From positions 32,001-96,000 of IMG/VR virus record IMGVR_UViG_3300021964_012561: a DNA stretch of 64,000 nt, one strand, 5' to 3'. Both the position numbers and the translations under genes were made by a program. The notes beneath the pieces were generated by a model, which saw only the letters and a program-made list of their open reading frames with translations, ran no database searches and was not told the DNA's origin. Source of the DNA: a virus. This document shows, piece by piece, positions 1 to 10,079 of the stretch; position 1 is the stretch's first letter; each line of letters opens with the position of its first letter.

Positions 1-2
1 CA

Positions 3-1142
3 AGATTTTACTGGATGAACAGAAAGCATGGTAGTTACCATAATGACAATGTAAATTTAACTAGTCAAGAAAGAGAAGTTTCTATCTATTTTAGAACTGA
101 TTTAAAAACTGGAATAAATGCATTTAATGATGAAGAAATTATTGGTGCACATAATTTTCCTAAACTTGTCAATACTAAACATCCAGAATTTTTGGAACCA
201 AATACTACTTTTAAAAAATCAGAAGCTTATATAAAAGAATTTACAAATGAGCCTGTTCCTGAAGTCATTAAAAAGTGTGGAGATCTGGTTTTACAAGGGT
301 CTAATAATACGTTAATACAGCTTACAACAGAAAAGTTTACTGACGTTGCATCATTAAACGAAAGATATTCAAAAAATTTATTTTTACCAAAAGATTCAGT
401 AGTACCTGAACGCGTTTATAGAGTACCTCAATCTCCTGCAATAGACATGTGCATTGCAAGAAAGAAAAAACATTTCACAGAGTTAGCTAAAAAAAATGAA
501 AAAATAATTTCTGCAAAAACAAGTGAAAAAAATGTTTTATCTCTTGTTGAGAACAACAGGGATGGTTTGCCAGGAATTGAAAATTACGAAGTTAATAAAT
601 TTAATGAAGATTTTTATACTAATAGAGACAAAGATCCTGCAAATTGCGGAGCCAGGCTTTATATGAGTAACAATTGCAATATTGACGCAATTTTTAAAAT
701 TTCAGATACTGAAAAATCTCAAGAGACTTTTCAGCAGTACTTTGGTGCAACTCTAGCAGGTTATTCAGAACACATACGTTTTATTGCTGAAGGTGAATCA
801 AGCTCTTTTAGGGTTGTTAAAAAATACAATGAAGGTGAAACTTTTTTAGAAATTAATAATGACGGAATTGTAAGAATTGGATCAAAGGATTCAAATAAAT
901 CGCCAGAAAATACTATACAACAAGGAATGCAAAGCTTTGTAAGAGGTGAAGACTTAGAAGAAATTCTAAAAGATTTAGTATCTGCAATCAATTCTAATTT
1001 TTCTACAATCAAAACAGCCATGGAAACTAATTTTGCTCCATTAATAGGCCCTAATGTTCCATTAGCGTCAGCGTCAGCTGCAATTAATAATTTATCTATA
1101 AACTGTGAGCCATTTAAATCAATAATAATAAAAGGAGAATAA
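3..1142 (+). CDS. Baseplate hub/spike-associated protein (gp5/gpV-like), probably 5'-truncated by the window edge
   Basis: Frame is open from position 3 (AGA TTT TAC TGG ATG). C-terminal 'FLEINNDGIVRIGS...FVRGEDLEEILKDLVSAIN' resembles spike-type C-termini. Lies just upstream of gp25/gp6-like genes. Confidence 0.4.
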   Translation, partial: RFYWMNRKHGSYHNDNVNLTSQEREVSIYFRTDLKTGINAFNDEEIIGAHNFPKLVNTKHPEFLEPNTTFKKSEAYIKEFTNEPVPEVIKKCGDLVLQGSNNTLIQLTTEKFTDVASLNERYSKNLFLPKDSVVPERVYRVPQSPAIDMCIARKKKHFTELAKKNEKIISAKTSEKNVLSLVENNRDGLPGIENYEVNKFNEDFYTNRDKDPANCGARLYMSNNCNIDAIFKISDTEKSQETFQQYFGATLAGYSEHIRFIAEGESSSFRVVKKYNEGETFLEINNDGIVRIGSKDSNKSPENTIQQGMQSFVRGEDLEEILKDLVSAINSNFSTIKTAMETNFAPLIGPNVPLASASAAINNLSINCEPFKSIIIKGE

Positions 1143-1143
1143 A

Positions 1144-1623
1144 ATGGGAGATGTTTTAACGTCAGATCAAAAAATTCAAGAAGCAATAAATAAAGCAAAA
1201 GAAGAAATAAGAAATGCTCCTGCTGGACAAGAAGCGGCTCTTGAAAAAGCTTTAGCGGCTATTAGCTTTAAAGAAATCGGCCCTGCTATAGCAGCTAGCT
1301 TAGGTGAAGAATTTATTCCAGTTGGAGGTGTAGGATTACCTCTAGTCATGAGAAAAACAGGAATTGAAATATTAGGTGGTAAGGAAAAATTAATTAATTC
1401 AGGTTTAACTGAGGCTCAAATTAATGAAAAAGTATTAGAAATGGTTGCCTATATTTCTTTTATTACCCTAAGTTTTGCATCAATTACTAGTGGAAATTTA
1501 ATTCCGTCGCCTCCTAGCTTTGCTGTTGCTAAAAAATATTATGATATTTTAGGGGAGTTATTAGCATATGCTGACAATATTCAAAATAATAGAGCAACTA
1601 CGATAGTAGAAGGAGTATTGTAA
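1144..1623 (+). CDS. Hypothetical protein, baseplate region
   Basis: 159-aa ORF with AGGAG SD, tightly packed between neighbours. Confidence 0.6.
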   Translation: MGDVLTSDQKIQEAINKAKEEIRNAPAGQEAALEKALAAISFKEIGPAIAASLGEEFIPVGGVGLPLVMRKTGIEILGGKEKLINSGLTEAQINEKVLEMVAYISFITLSFASITSGNLIPSPPSFAVAKKYYDILGELLAYADNIQNNRATTIVEGVL

Positions 1624-1638
1624 TCTTTTTTTGAAGAG

Positions 1639-1646
1639 GATAATTA
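1639..1646 (+). promoter_or_regulatory. Putative phage late promoter (ATAwwTA/ATAnTTA motif)
   Basis: GATAATTA in the intergenic gap before the AGGAGG SD; similar motif recurs in many intergenic gaps ahead of structural genes. Confidence 0.45.
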
Positions 1647-1667
1647 GAAATAAAAGGAGGAGTAAAA

Positions 1668-2174
1668 GTGGCAACTTTTAAATTTAAGAGTTCGGGTTTT
1701 AAATATGATGACATTGTTGTTATTGATCAAGAATCACAACCTAAAAGAACACCGATCGGCATAAAAACTCCTTTAGAATTTTCTAGAAAATCTAGAAAAC
1801 AATTATTTCACATGAATGATAATCCAATTTTTCAAATTAAAGATAATTTAAGAAATTTAATTTTAACAGAAAAAGGTGAAAGGATTGGACGTCCAGATTA
1901 TGGTTGCGGACTTAAAGATTATGTTTTTGACTTAACAGCAATTCCTAATTATGAACAAAAAGTCATTAATATAATAAAGGGCCAGGTTGAAAAATTTATG
2001 CCTTTTGTTTTGATTACAAATATTGAAATTTTAGATTATTATTCAAATGGTGTTGATCAATTTGATGAACGCAGCTCAAGATTAGCAGCATTACTTTTAA
2101 GAATAAGTTTTGATGTACAAAAAATAGCTGTTAAAAATCAAAAAATTGATGTAATAATTTTTTCAGGTGGATAA
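1668..2174 (+). CDS. gp25: Baseplate wedge subunit, gp25/GPW-like
   Basis: Motif IKDNLRNLILTEKGERIGRPDYGCGL is typical of the GPW_gp25 family; GTG start with AGGAGG SD. Confidence 0.85.
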   Translation: MATFKFKSSGFKYDDIVVIDQESQPKRTPIGIKTPLEFSRKSRKQLFHMNDNPIFQIKDNLRNLILTEKGERIGRPDYGCGLKDYVFDLTAIPNYEQKVINIIKGQVEKFMPFVLITNIEILDYYSNGVDQFDERSSRLAALLLRISFDVQKIAVKNQKIDVIIFSGG

Positions 2175-2176
2175 AT

Positions 2177-4024
2177 ATGGCAAAAAATTTAAAAAAACAG
2201 ATTAAAAAAAATAAAGAAATTTCTTATCTTGCAAAAGATTTTGATTCTTTTAGAGCGGAGCTTATTAATTACGCTAGAAATCATTATGGATCAAAAATTG
2301 TAGATTTTTCTGAGTCGTCAGTTGCAGGAATGTTTATAGATGTAGCCTCTTACGTCGGAGATTCTTTATCATATTATTTGGATCATCAATTTAATGAATT
2401 AAATTTGGAAACTGCAATAGAACCTAAAAATATTGAAGCACTTGCAAGACAAGCCGGAGTCGAAACAAGAGGAGCCACTCCCTCCACAGCATTGGCAAAA
2501 ATAAGAATGGTAATTCCAGCTGTGACTGAAAATGGTTTAAGAGTAATTAACGAAAACTATTTACCTAAAATTTTAGAAAATTCCGTATTTACATCTGAAT
2601 CTGGTATTAACTTTTATACAATTGAAACTGTCGACTTGTCAAAAAAGGATTCTCAAGGCAATATATTAATTGATAACATTCTTCCAAATGTCGTACAAGA
2701 TGGCATTATTCAAGATTTTATTATTGAAAAAGAAATAAGATGTTCTAGTGCAAGAGTAATTGTAGAAAACTTTCCAATCAACAACAACATAGTTCCTTTT
2801 AGAACTATTTCGCTACTTAATCCAAACGTGCATAGCATTATTTATGTAAGAGATAGTTCAGGTGAGGACTACTATGAGGTTGATTCACTTTCTCAAGATA
2901 CTGTCTTTATAAAAGAAGAAAATTCGCGTAATGATGTTGACTTAGTACCGTACCGTTTAAAAATGGCACCCGCCCCAAGAAGATTCATAAAGGTAACATC
3001 ATCAATAACAGGAAAAACTTTATTAAGGTTCGGGTCTGGCGACGAAGATACATTCGATGAAGACGCAATTCCTGACCCAAGTGATCATGCAATTACTCTG
3101 TATGGTGATAGAAAGACTTTTGCAAAGGTTGCCATAGATCCTAATAGCTTTTTAACTACAAACACTCTAGGAATATCTCCAAGAAACACAACGTTATCGA
3201 TAAAGTACTCCTATGGCGGAGGAATTAATCATAACATAGATCCTGGTGAACTGGTCTTGGTTAACACTTTAAAAACTCAATTTAATTCTGCTGTTCCTTC
3301 GTCAATTATTTCATCGATTAGAAGATCAACAACTGTAATTAACGAATTTCCTGGATTTGGAGGTGATAATCGTCCTACGCTAGAACAGTTAAGAAATTTA
3401 GGACTTTTATCGAAAACATATCAAAAAAGAGTTGTAACAAGAGAAGATTTGCTGTCTAGAGTCTATAGTATTCCAACTAATTTTGGTCGCGTCTTTAGAG
3501 CTTCCGTAAGAGATAATCCAAATAATCAATTTGCAACCCAGTTAAGCGTTCTTTCAAGAGACAAAAACGGTGTTTTAGTTTATGCTCCTGACACACTAAA
3601 GGAAAATCTTTCTGTGTACTTAAGCAAGTTTAGACTAATTTCAGATGCTGTAGACATTGTTGATGCTGTTATTGTTAATTTGTCAATAAGTTATGTTGTA
3701 ACTATTGACAAAGGAGTCAGTAGAACTAATACAATCCAAAATATAAATGTTGCATTAAAAAACTATTTTGATATTAAAAACTTTCAAATTGATCAACCTA
3801 TCATAACAGGCGAAGTTGATAATTTAATTTTAAATACATCAGGAGTAGTTTCTTTGATTAGTTTGAAATTTAACAATATGTTCGGCACTAAAAACGGAAG
3901 AATATACTCAAACTTTAGTTATTCTCCTAACAGAAATTTAGATAGAGGCCTTCTTTTTCCTCCACCTGGAGGTATTTTTGAAATTAGGTACCCAAATGAT
4001 GACATTCAAGGGAGTGCAATCTAA
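2177..4024 (+). CDS. gp6: Baseplate wedge subunit, T4 gp6/baseplate J-like
   Basis: N-terminal YLAKDFDSFRAELINYA...DFSESSVAGMFID...YVGDSLSYYLD; later GGDNRPTLEQLR...QKRVVTRED; follows gp25-like gene. Confidence 0.85.
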   Translation: MAKNLKKQIKKNKEISYLAKDFDSFRAELINYARNHYGSKIVDFSESSVAGMFIDVASYVGDSLSYYLDHQFNELNLETAIEPKNIEALARQAGVETRGATPSTALAKIRMVIPAVTENGLRVINENYLPKILENSVFTSESGINFYTIETVDLSKKDSQGNILIDNILPNVVQDGIIQDFIIEKEIRCSSARVIVENFPINNNIVPFRTISLLNPNVHSIIYVRDSSGEDYYEVDSLSQDTVFIKEENSRNDVDLVPYRLKMAPAPRRFIKVTSSITGKTLLRFGSGDEDTFDEDAIPDPSDHAITLYGDRKTFAKVAIDPNSFLTTNTLGISPRNTTLSIKYSYGGGINHNIDPGELVLVNTLKTQFNSAVPSSIISSIRRSTTVINEFPGFGGDNRPTLEQLRNLGLLSKTYQKRVVTREDLLSRVYSIPTNFGRVFRASVRDNPNNQFATQLSVLSRDKNGVLVYAPDTLKENLSVYLSKFRLISDAVDIVDAVIVNLSISYVVTIDKGVSRTNTIQNINVALKNYFDIKNFQIDQPIITGEVDNLILNTSGVVSLISLKFNNMFGTKNGRIYSNFSYSPNRNLDRGLLFPPPGGIFEIRYPNDDIQGSAI

Positions 4025-5535
4025 TGTATAGAATTTTATCAGCTAGTAAAGATACGTACATAACAAATAAAATTATTAATAATAAATTTAGAGCAACTGA
4101 CGCAAACCTAGGTCAGGCAGGAACTTTAGATCTTTTTAAGCTTTATAATGAATCAACTATTTCTGGCGAAACAAACCCTATAGAGAGTTCGAGGCTTTTG
4201 ATTAAATTTGGCTTAAGCGAAGTCACTAAAATGCATAATGAAAAAATAATTGACGTAGGTGATAGTTCTTTCAAGGCTTTTTTAAAACTTCATGACATTT
4301 ATGGAGGCCAGACAACTCCTAAAAATTTTAAAATTATTTCTTTTCCGCTGTCAAAAAGTTTTGATGAAGGCCCTGGCTATGATGTAGTCAGCTACTCAGA
4401 TATTGGTGCAACTAATTGGGTGACAGCATCTTTCACTAATGGCGTAGTATCAGACTGGTCTCAAGCAGGCGCAAATGCTTCTGGTTCATTAGGTGATACT
4501 GACATCGATGTAATAGTAAGTGGAACAATACAAGGTCAAGATTCAAAAATACCTTTGTCTTCAGAAATGCTTTTTGAAACAGGTGAAGAAGACTTGATAT
4601 TAGATGTGACAAATTTCATATCAGCATCAACAGTCGGGTTGATTAATAATCATGGTTTTCTTATAGCACTTTCAGGTACATATGAAACAAATAATAAATC
4701 TTATTTTGTAAAACGTTTTGCCTCTAGAAACACATTGAATACAGCTATACGTCCTAAATTAATTATAAAATTTGATGACTCAATTCAAGACAATCACGAG
4801 AATTTTGAATTTGACACAACAGGAAGTCTTTATCTTCATAATTTTAAAAGAGGGTCGTTAGCAAATCTTATTTCAGGATCTTCAGGTAATGAAATAACAG
4901 GTGCTGATTGTATGATCTTAAAAATAGAGTCAGGTAGTTTTTCTAAACAATTTAATGTTTCTCAAGTACCAAGAGGATCTAATCGATTGACAGGAATATA
5001 TTCATCATCATTTGCAATTAGTAGTTTTGATTCTACATTATACGATCATGTAATAGCATCTGGAAGTATTACTTTCAATGAAATTTGGTCAAACTCAAAC
5101 GAAACTGTTACTTATTTGTCATCGTCTTTTAAAATAAAACAATCAAATAGGAATAAAATAAACTTAGGCGAACAAAGAGTAGTTACAAGAATACTTAACT
5201 TAAAAGGAAGATATCGTCAAAATGAAAAGGTCCGTTTAAGAGTTTTTGTAGAAAGTGCTGATAGAGAACTAATTCTTAGAAAAACACCATATGAAACGCC
5301 TAGTGCGCTTTATTCAAACATGTGTTATAGAGTAAGAGACTATGATTCAGGTGAAATTATAATACCTTTTGACGCTTCAGCGACTAAACTTTCACATGAT
5401 ACAAAAGCAATGTATTTTGATTTCTATATGAGTTCAATACCAAAAGGAAGAACATATGTGTTTGATTTTAAAATACAAGAAAATGATTTCGACATAGTAA
5501 TAACAGATTTAGCTTCTAAATTTATTATTGTTTAA
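4024..5535 (+). CDS. Virion structural protein (baseplate region)
   Basis: 503 aa, overlaps gp6 stop; 'ASKDTYI...RLLIKF...KRFASRNT...RPKLIIKFDD' pattern; Ser/Thr/Gly-rich beta protein. Confidence 0.6.
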   Translation: MYRILSASKDTYITNKIINNKFRATDANLGQAGTLDLFKLYNESTISGETNPIESSRLLIKFGLSEVTKMHNEKIIDVGDSSFKAFLKLHDIYGGQTTPKNFKIISFPLSKSFDEGPGYDVVSYSDIGATNWVTASFTNGVVSDWSQAGANASGSLGDTDIDVIVSGTIQGQDSKIPLSSEMLFETGEEDLILDVTNFISASTVGLINNHGFLIALSGTYETNNKSYFVKRFASRNTLNTAIRPKLIIKFDDSIQDNHENFEFDTTGSLYLHNFKRGSLANLISGSSGNEITGADCMILKIESGSFSKQFNVSQVPRGSNRLTGIYSSSFAISSFDSTLYDHVIASGSITFNEIWSNSNETVTYLSSSFKIKQSNRNKINLGEQRVVTRILNLKGRYRQNEKVRLRVFVESADRELILRKTPYETPSALYSNMCYRVRDYDSGEIIIPFDASATKLSHDTKAMYFDFYMSSIPKGRTYVFDFKIQENDFDIVITDLASKFIIV

Positions 5536-5549
5536 TAATAGGAACAATC

Positions 5550-8500
5550 ATGTCAAAAAGACTATTAACAAATAACAAAGGAAAACTTTTTAAATCGAAG
5601 TATAGAAAGTCCAACACAGATGCTAGATCGTATTTGCAACCAGGCAATAGTGAAATTTTAAAAATTGCCAATATTGAAAATACAAATTTAGAAAGCACTG
5701 CATCTTTTAGGTACGAATTTAACAAACCGATTAAATCGACCCAGCAGCTAAATTTAGATTTTTCTAAGTTCGAAAATCACACATTTTTTCATTCGGCTGT
5801 TGCAAAAGTTAATGAATCTTTCCTAAACATACTTAACTTTTACCCTTTTAATGGAACAGAAAAACAAATTGAAGCATTTGAAGATAGTTTGACAGGTTTT
5901 GAAAAATACATACTTGACAAATATCCTAAAAATAAAGGTTACTTAGTTTTTTCCGGAACACAAAAAGGTGAAAGCTTGTCAAACGGTACACAAATTAACG
6001 TATTAGATCAAAATGCATCTCGTGTTCCTTCAATTAAATCGTTAAAAGACAGAAACGTAACTTTAGACCCGTCAGTAAATAGTTTTGCAGTTCAATTTTT
6101 TATTAATCCAGAATCAATTGTAAACGATAATCAAATAATATTCCAGAAAAAATCTAGCCTAGCAAATAATTTTACTTTATTTTTATCTAATTCCTCAAGT
6201 ACATCTAACTGTGAAATTCACTTTGGAATAACCTCAGGATCCCGGTATACAGCAGTTTCATCTTCAATTGACAAAGGCAGTTTTTCCCATGTAACTGCAA
6301 TGTTTGATACAGATTTTGATCAAAAAACAAAATTAATTATTTTTAATCAAGACAACATTAAAACAGTAGCGTCATCTAGTAATGCTTTAAATGTTATGTC
6401 TTTAAATTATTTTGGAGCAGACTTAGACATAGGTTCTGGAGGTAATTTTCGTTATAATGATCAAGAGTTCGAACCACAACAAACTTTTAGTGGATCCATT
6501 GACGATTTTAGATTGTATCATCGAAAATTATCAGATGATGAAATCTTTAAAAACAAAGATAGATCAGTTAGCGGGGATAAAAATTTAGTCCTGTATTACA
6601 AATTTAACGAACCTTATGGGTCATATGCAGGAAACAACATTGTTTTAGATCATTCCGTTAATTCAAGAAGTGAATTAATTCAAAATTTTATCGTTAATAA
6701 CCGACTAACTGGATCACTCACACCTTTAAAGTCTGAAGACATTAACAAATGCCCGGTTTTATTTCCTCAATTTCCAAAAGTTTCTTCTTTTAATAGTGAA
6801 ATGCTAGTAACAGCTTCACTTTACGATACTGCCAACCCCAACTTAATAACAAAATTAATACCTCAGCATTATTTAGATATTGGCAACAATTTTGAAGGTT
6901 ACGAAGAATACTTAGGAAATATTCAGACTGAAATTAGCAACCTTAACACATTAAGAGAAAGTGTTAATACACAGCGCTCAGCGCAGATGATGACGAAATT
7001 TTTATTAATCTGGGCAAAACACTTCGATCAATTAAAAATGTTTATAGATAGCTTTTCGTTGTACAGGCTTGTTGATTATGATGATTTAAATACAGCCCCA
7101 GATACTTTTCTTAAAAGCTTGTCCCAGTATTTAGGAATGCCTGTTCCAGATTTATTTTCTCAAAATAATGATGATAGTTTTTTTAAGGGGTTAGATTATC
7201 AAAATGTTGCATCAAAATCAAATTTATCAATTAAGAAAATACAATATACTATTTGGCGAAGAATTCTTTCTGAATACTCATCTTATGTATCTTCAAAAGG
7301 TACGTTAGATAGTATTAAATCTATATTTTTAGCATCTGGAATTGATCCCTCAAACATTTTCCACATAAGAGAATATGGTGGTGCAAAAGCTAGGTCACTT
7401 AAAAGTTCAAATCAAAAAATTAATGATAATATTGGTTTTATCGATTTTTCAGGTTCGTTAGGTAATGAAGAAAATAGTCGTAATAATCAAGGAAGATCAA
7501 TTGATAAGTCACCATATTTAAAATCAACATTTTTATCAGGTTCAAGAGTATCACCAGGAAAACCATTAATTAAAGGTACTTTTGTTAATGGTATATCTAA
7601 TAATCTTAGTGATGGTCTTTTTACTTCTTCTTCGTTTGATTATCATGCAACTTATTTTTACTCAAACTATCATGAACACAAGACTTTACAAAGCCTAATC
7701 AGGCTTCAAACGACAGGATCAACAGTACCATCGAGCAAAGAAAGTTGTATTATAAATTTAGTAAATAATAGTCAAGAAAACAAACTAAGCCTATTCGTGT
7801 CAGACGACCCTACAAGTAGTACAATTTCTGAATTGTTTTTAACAGGAGTTAATATTGCTGATGGAAATATTTGGTCTGTTAATTTTGGAAGAAAAAGTTC
7901 TGAATTTTTAGAATCAGATTTAAAAAGTCAATTTTATTTAAAGGCATCAACGTTCGACCCAGGCCTAGATCCAGTCTTATATAAAACTTCTTCTTTGCTG
8001 ACAGAGTCAACTAATTCTGTTTTTTCAAATGTAAGCACTGCACATAATGCATCAGGTAGTATTTTAACAATCGGTTCTCAAAGCTTTGAGGATACTTCTT
8101 TGTTTATTAACGCAGGTACTGCTAATCAGAAAGCAACACATTTTTCAGGTCATGTTTCATTTATAAATTTTTGGTCAAAAGATTATACTGACAAAGAGTT
8201 TACTGCATATGTTAAAAATCCTAGTAATTACGGGTCAAATAATGTTAAATCAAATTATAATTTTTTACAAAATCAGTCAGGTAGTAATCAAAAAGTAAGA
8301 ATACATACTTCTGGTAAGCAGGCAACAACATCATCAAACAGTTCAGGTGAGATAAGAATTTTTGACTTTAGCCAAGAAGAAAATCATTTTTCTGGTTACA
8401 ATTTTGAGGCAAATAAAAAAGTTATAATAAATAAAAATTTTATTAGAGAAACATTATCACCAAATTTTGATTTAAATTCTAGCGAAAATAAAATTAGAGT

Positions 8501-9020
8501 AAGAAGTTTGCAGTCGGAAGACCTTTTAGAAAATCATTCTTTCGCAACAATCGCGCCAGTTTTTGAAGTAGATCCAGCAGAAGAAGTAATTGATGATTCA
8601 AGATTATCTTTTGATTTATCTGTTATGAAGGGTCTCAATGAAAACATTGTCGATGTTTTTCCTCATTTTGATGAAATTGAAACTGCCTTAGGTAAACCTA
8701 ACTTAGTTTTTAATGAAAGATATCCTGATTTAGAAAATTTAAGAAAAGTTTATTTTGAGAATGTAATTGAAGATTTAAATTTAAACAAGTATAGAGAATT
8801 ATTTAAGTGGTTAGATGGCTCTTTTTCTGATATTATTTTTCAATCTATACCACGCAATACTAGGTTTTTAGGAATTAACTTTGTTTATGAGTCACATATG
8901 TTGGAGCGAAACAAATTAAAATATCTACATGACGAAATTTATCTTAAGTCTTTACCTAGAAATCCTTCTAGAGGTAATATTTTTTTAAGTCAATTTGTTT
9001 GCAAAATTAAGAAAGGTTAA
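5550..9020 (+). CDS. Large baseplate/tail protein with LamG (concanavalin A-like) domain
   Basis: FSGSIDDFRLYHRKLS...LVLYYKFNE is a LamG signature; 'IWRRIL...SKGTLDSIKSIF' resembles the wedge (P2 gpI/gp7-like) motif. Confidence 0.65.
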   Translation: MSKRLLTNNKGKLFKSKYRKSNTDARSYLQPGNSEILKIANIENTNLESTASFRYEFNKPIKSTQQLNLDFSKFENHTFFHSAVAKVNESFLNILNFYPFNGTEKQIEAFEDSLTGFEKYILDKYPKNKGYLVFSGTQKGESLSNGTQINVLDQNASRVPSIKSLKDRNVTLDPSVNSFAVQFFINPESIVNDNQIIFQKKSSLANNFTLFLSNSSSTSNCEIHFGITSGSRYTAVSSSIDKGSFSHVTAMFDTDFDQKTKLIIFNQDNIKTVASSSNALNVMSLNYFGADLDIGSGGNFRYNDQEFEPQQTFSGSIDDFRLYHRKLSDDEIFKNKDRSVSGDKNLVLYYKFNEPYGSYAGNNIVLDHSVNSRSELIQNFIVNNRLTGSLTPLKSEDINKCPVLFPQFPKVSSFNSEMLVTASLYDTANPNLITKLIPQHYLDIGNNFEGYEEYLGNIQTEISNLNTLRESVNTQRSAQMMTKFLLIWAKHFDQLKMFIDSFSLYRLVDYDDLNTAPDTFLKSLSQYLGMPVPDLFSQNNDDSFFKGLDYQNVASKSNLSIKKIQYTIWRRILSEYSSYVSSKGTLDSIKSIFLASGIDPSNIFHIREYGGAKARSLKSSNQKINDNIGFIDFSGSLGNEENSRNNQGRSIDKSPYLKSTFLSGSRVSPGKPLIKGTFVNGISNNLSDGLFTSSSFDYHATYFYSNYHEHKTLQSLIRLQTTGSTVPSSKESCIINLVNNSQENKLSLFVSDDPTSSTISELFLTGVNIADGNIWSVNFGRKSSEFLESDLKSQFYLKASTFDPGLDPVLYKTSSLLTESTNSVFSNVSTAHNASGSILTIGSQSFEDTSLFINAGTANQKATHFSGHVSFINFWSKDYTDKEFTAYVKNPSNYGSNNVKSNYNFLQNQSGSNQKVRIHTSGKQATTSSNSSGEIRIFDFSQEENHFSGYNFEANKKVIINKNFIRETLSPNFDLNSSENKIRVRSLQSEDLLENHSFATIAPVFEVDPAEEVIDDSRLSFDLSVMKGLNENIVDVFPHFDEIETALGKPNLVFNERYPDLENLRKVYFENVIEDLNLNKYRELFKWLDGSFSDIIFQSIPRNTRFLGINFVYESHMLERNKLKYLHDEIYLKSLPRNPSRGNIFLSQFVCKIKKG

Positions 9021-9021
9021 A

Positions 9022-10077
9022 ATGGAAACAACAACAATTTTCAATATTAAAGAAAGATCTAAACAAGAAAGGCTAAGGCTAGATTCTAGAACTTTTTACG
9101 AAAAATCATTAGCTACAACACTGGTATCCGGGTCCGATAGGATTGGAATGATTCATTATAAAGAAATTTCAACTATTTCTATTATTGTACCTGATTCATC
9201 GATAGAAGGTACTAGGGTAGGAAGAACAACTAGTTTTTCTAATATTAACGACGTTGACTCTTTTAGGTACGGAAAAGACATTAAAAGCGTTAAAAACTTG
9301 CTTAACGACAAAATAGTACCAAACATTACTTTAGGTAGAGAGCAAAATATTACAAATGATGACTACATAGATCATTCTTTAGAGCTTTGCTTTTACGGTC
9401 AAAACAGTCTTTTTAAAACATACGACTACAAAAGAGAAAGTTTTATTCCTTTTGAAGATTTTGAAGGCAAACCTGCATTTAAGCGGTTTATTGGTTTGAA
9501 TGATGAAGACAAGAGTGGAATGTTTCCTTATGCCTACAACGAAAAAAGAAATTATGATAAATTTAGAGATCCGGATCCTGCATCTTTAGATGGCGCAATT
9601 GAAGTTTTTCATGTTAGAAATTCTCCAGCGAATACAGGGTTTATAGACTTACAAATTAAAGGTGCAAGAGGTCTTTTTGGGGTAGGAAATTGGGAATTAA
9701 CTCAACATACAACATACGGTAAAAAGGGGTCACCTTTAGTTTCTGAAAGATATGAAATTAAACAGTCTTCACACGACTTTTTTGACGACGCAGACGAATC
9801 GATCTTAGGTAAACCAGTAGAAGGTTTTATTTCGGAAGGCCTTTATAAATCTTCACCATTTATTGAAAAAAATCATTATTTGATCGATGAATATGAACAC
9901 TTGACAGCAATCCAGAAATCCAATTTAATTTCGTCTTCTAGTCGAGATGATTCAGAATTAGGGACTCGTTTTAAAAGTCGTGATAACGGCCTTATAATAA
10001 CACCGTTTTATCAATTAACCGAACAAAGATCTTTTGGGACAGATTCAATCGCCTTTAGTGGATTATTAAAAGGATAA
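9022..10077 (+). CDS. Hypothetical structural protein
   Basis: The ORF track starts at 8995; ATG at 9022 directly after the upstream stop, with AAGG SD, is more plausible. Confidence 0.6.
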   Translation: METTTIFNIKERSKQERLRLDSRTFYEKSLATTLVSGSDRIGMIHYKEISTISIIVPDSSIEGTRVGRTTSFSNINDVDSFRYGKDIKSVKNLLNDKIVPNITLGREQNITNDDYIDHSLELCFYGQNSLFKTYDYKRESFIPFEDFEGKPAFKRFIGLNDEDKSGMFPYAYNEKRNYDKFRDPDPASLDGAIEVFHVRNSPANTGFIDLQIKGARGLFGVGNWELTQHTTYGKKGSPLVSERYEIKQSSHDFFDDADESILGKPVEGFISEGLYKSSPFIEKNHYLIDEYEHLTAIQKSNLISSSSRDDSELGTRFKSRDNGLIITPFYQLTEQRSFGTDSIAFSGLLKG

Positions 10078-10079
10078 AA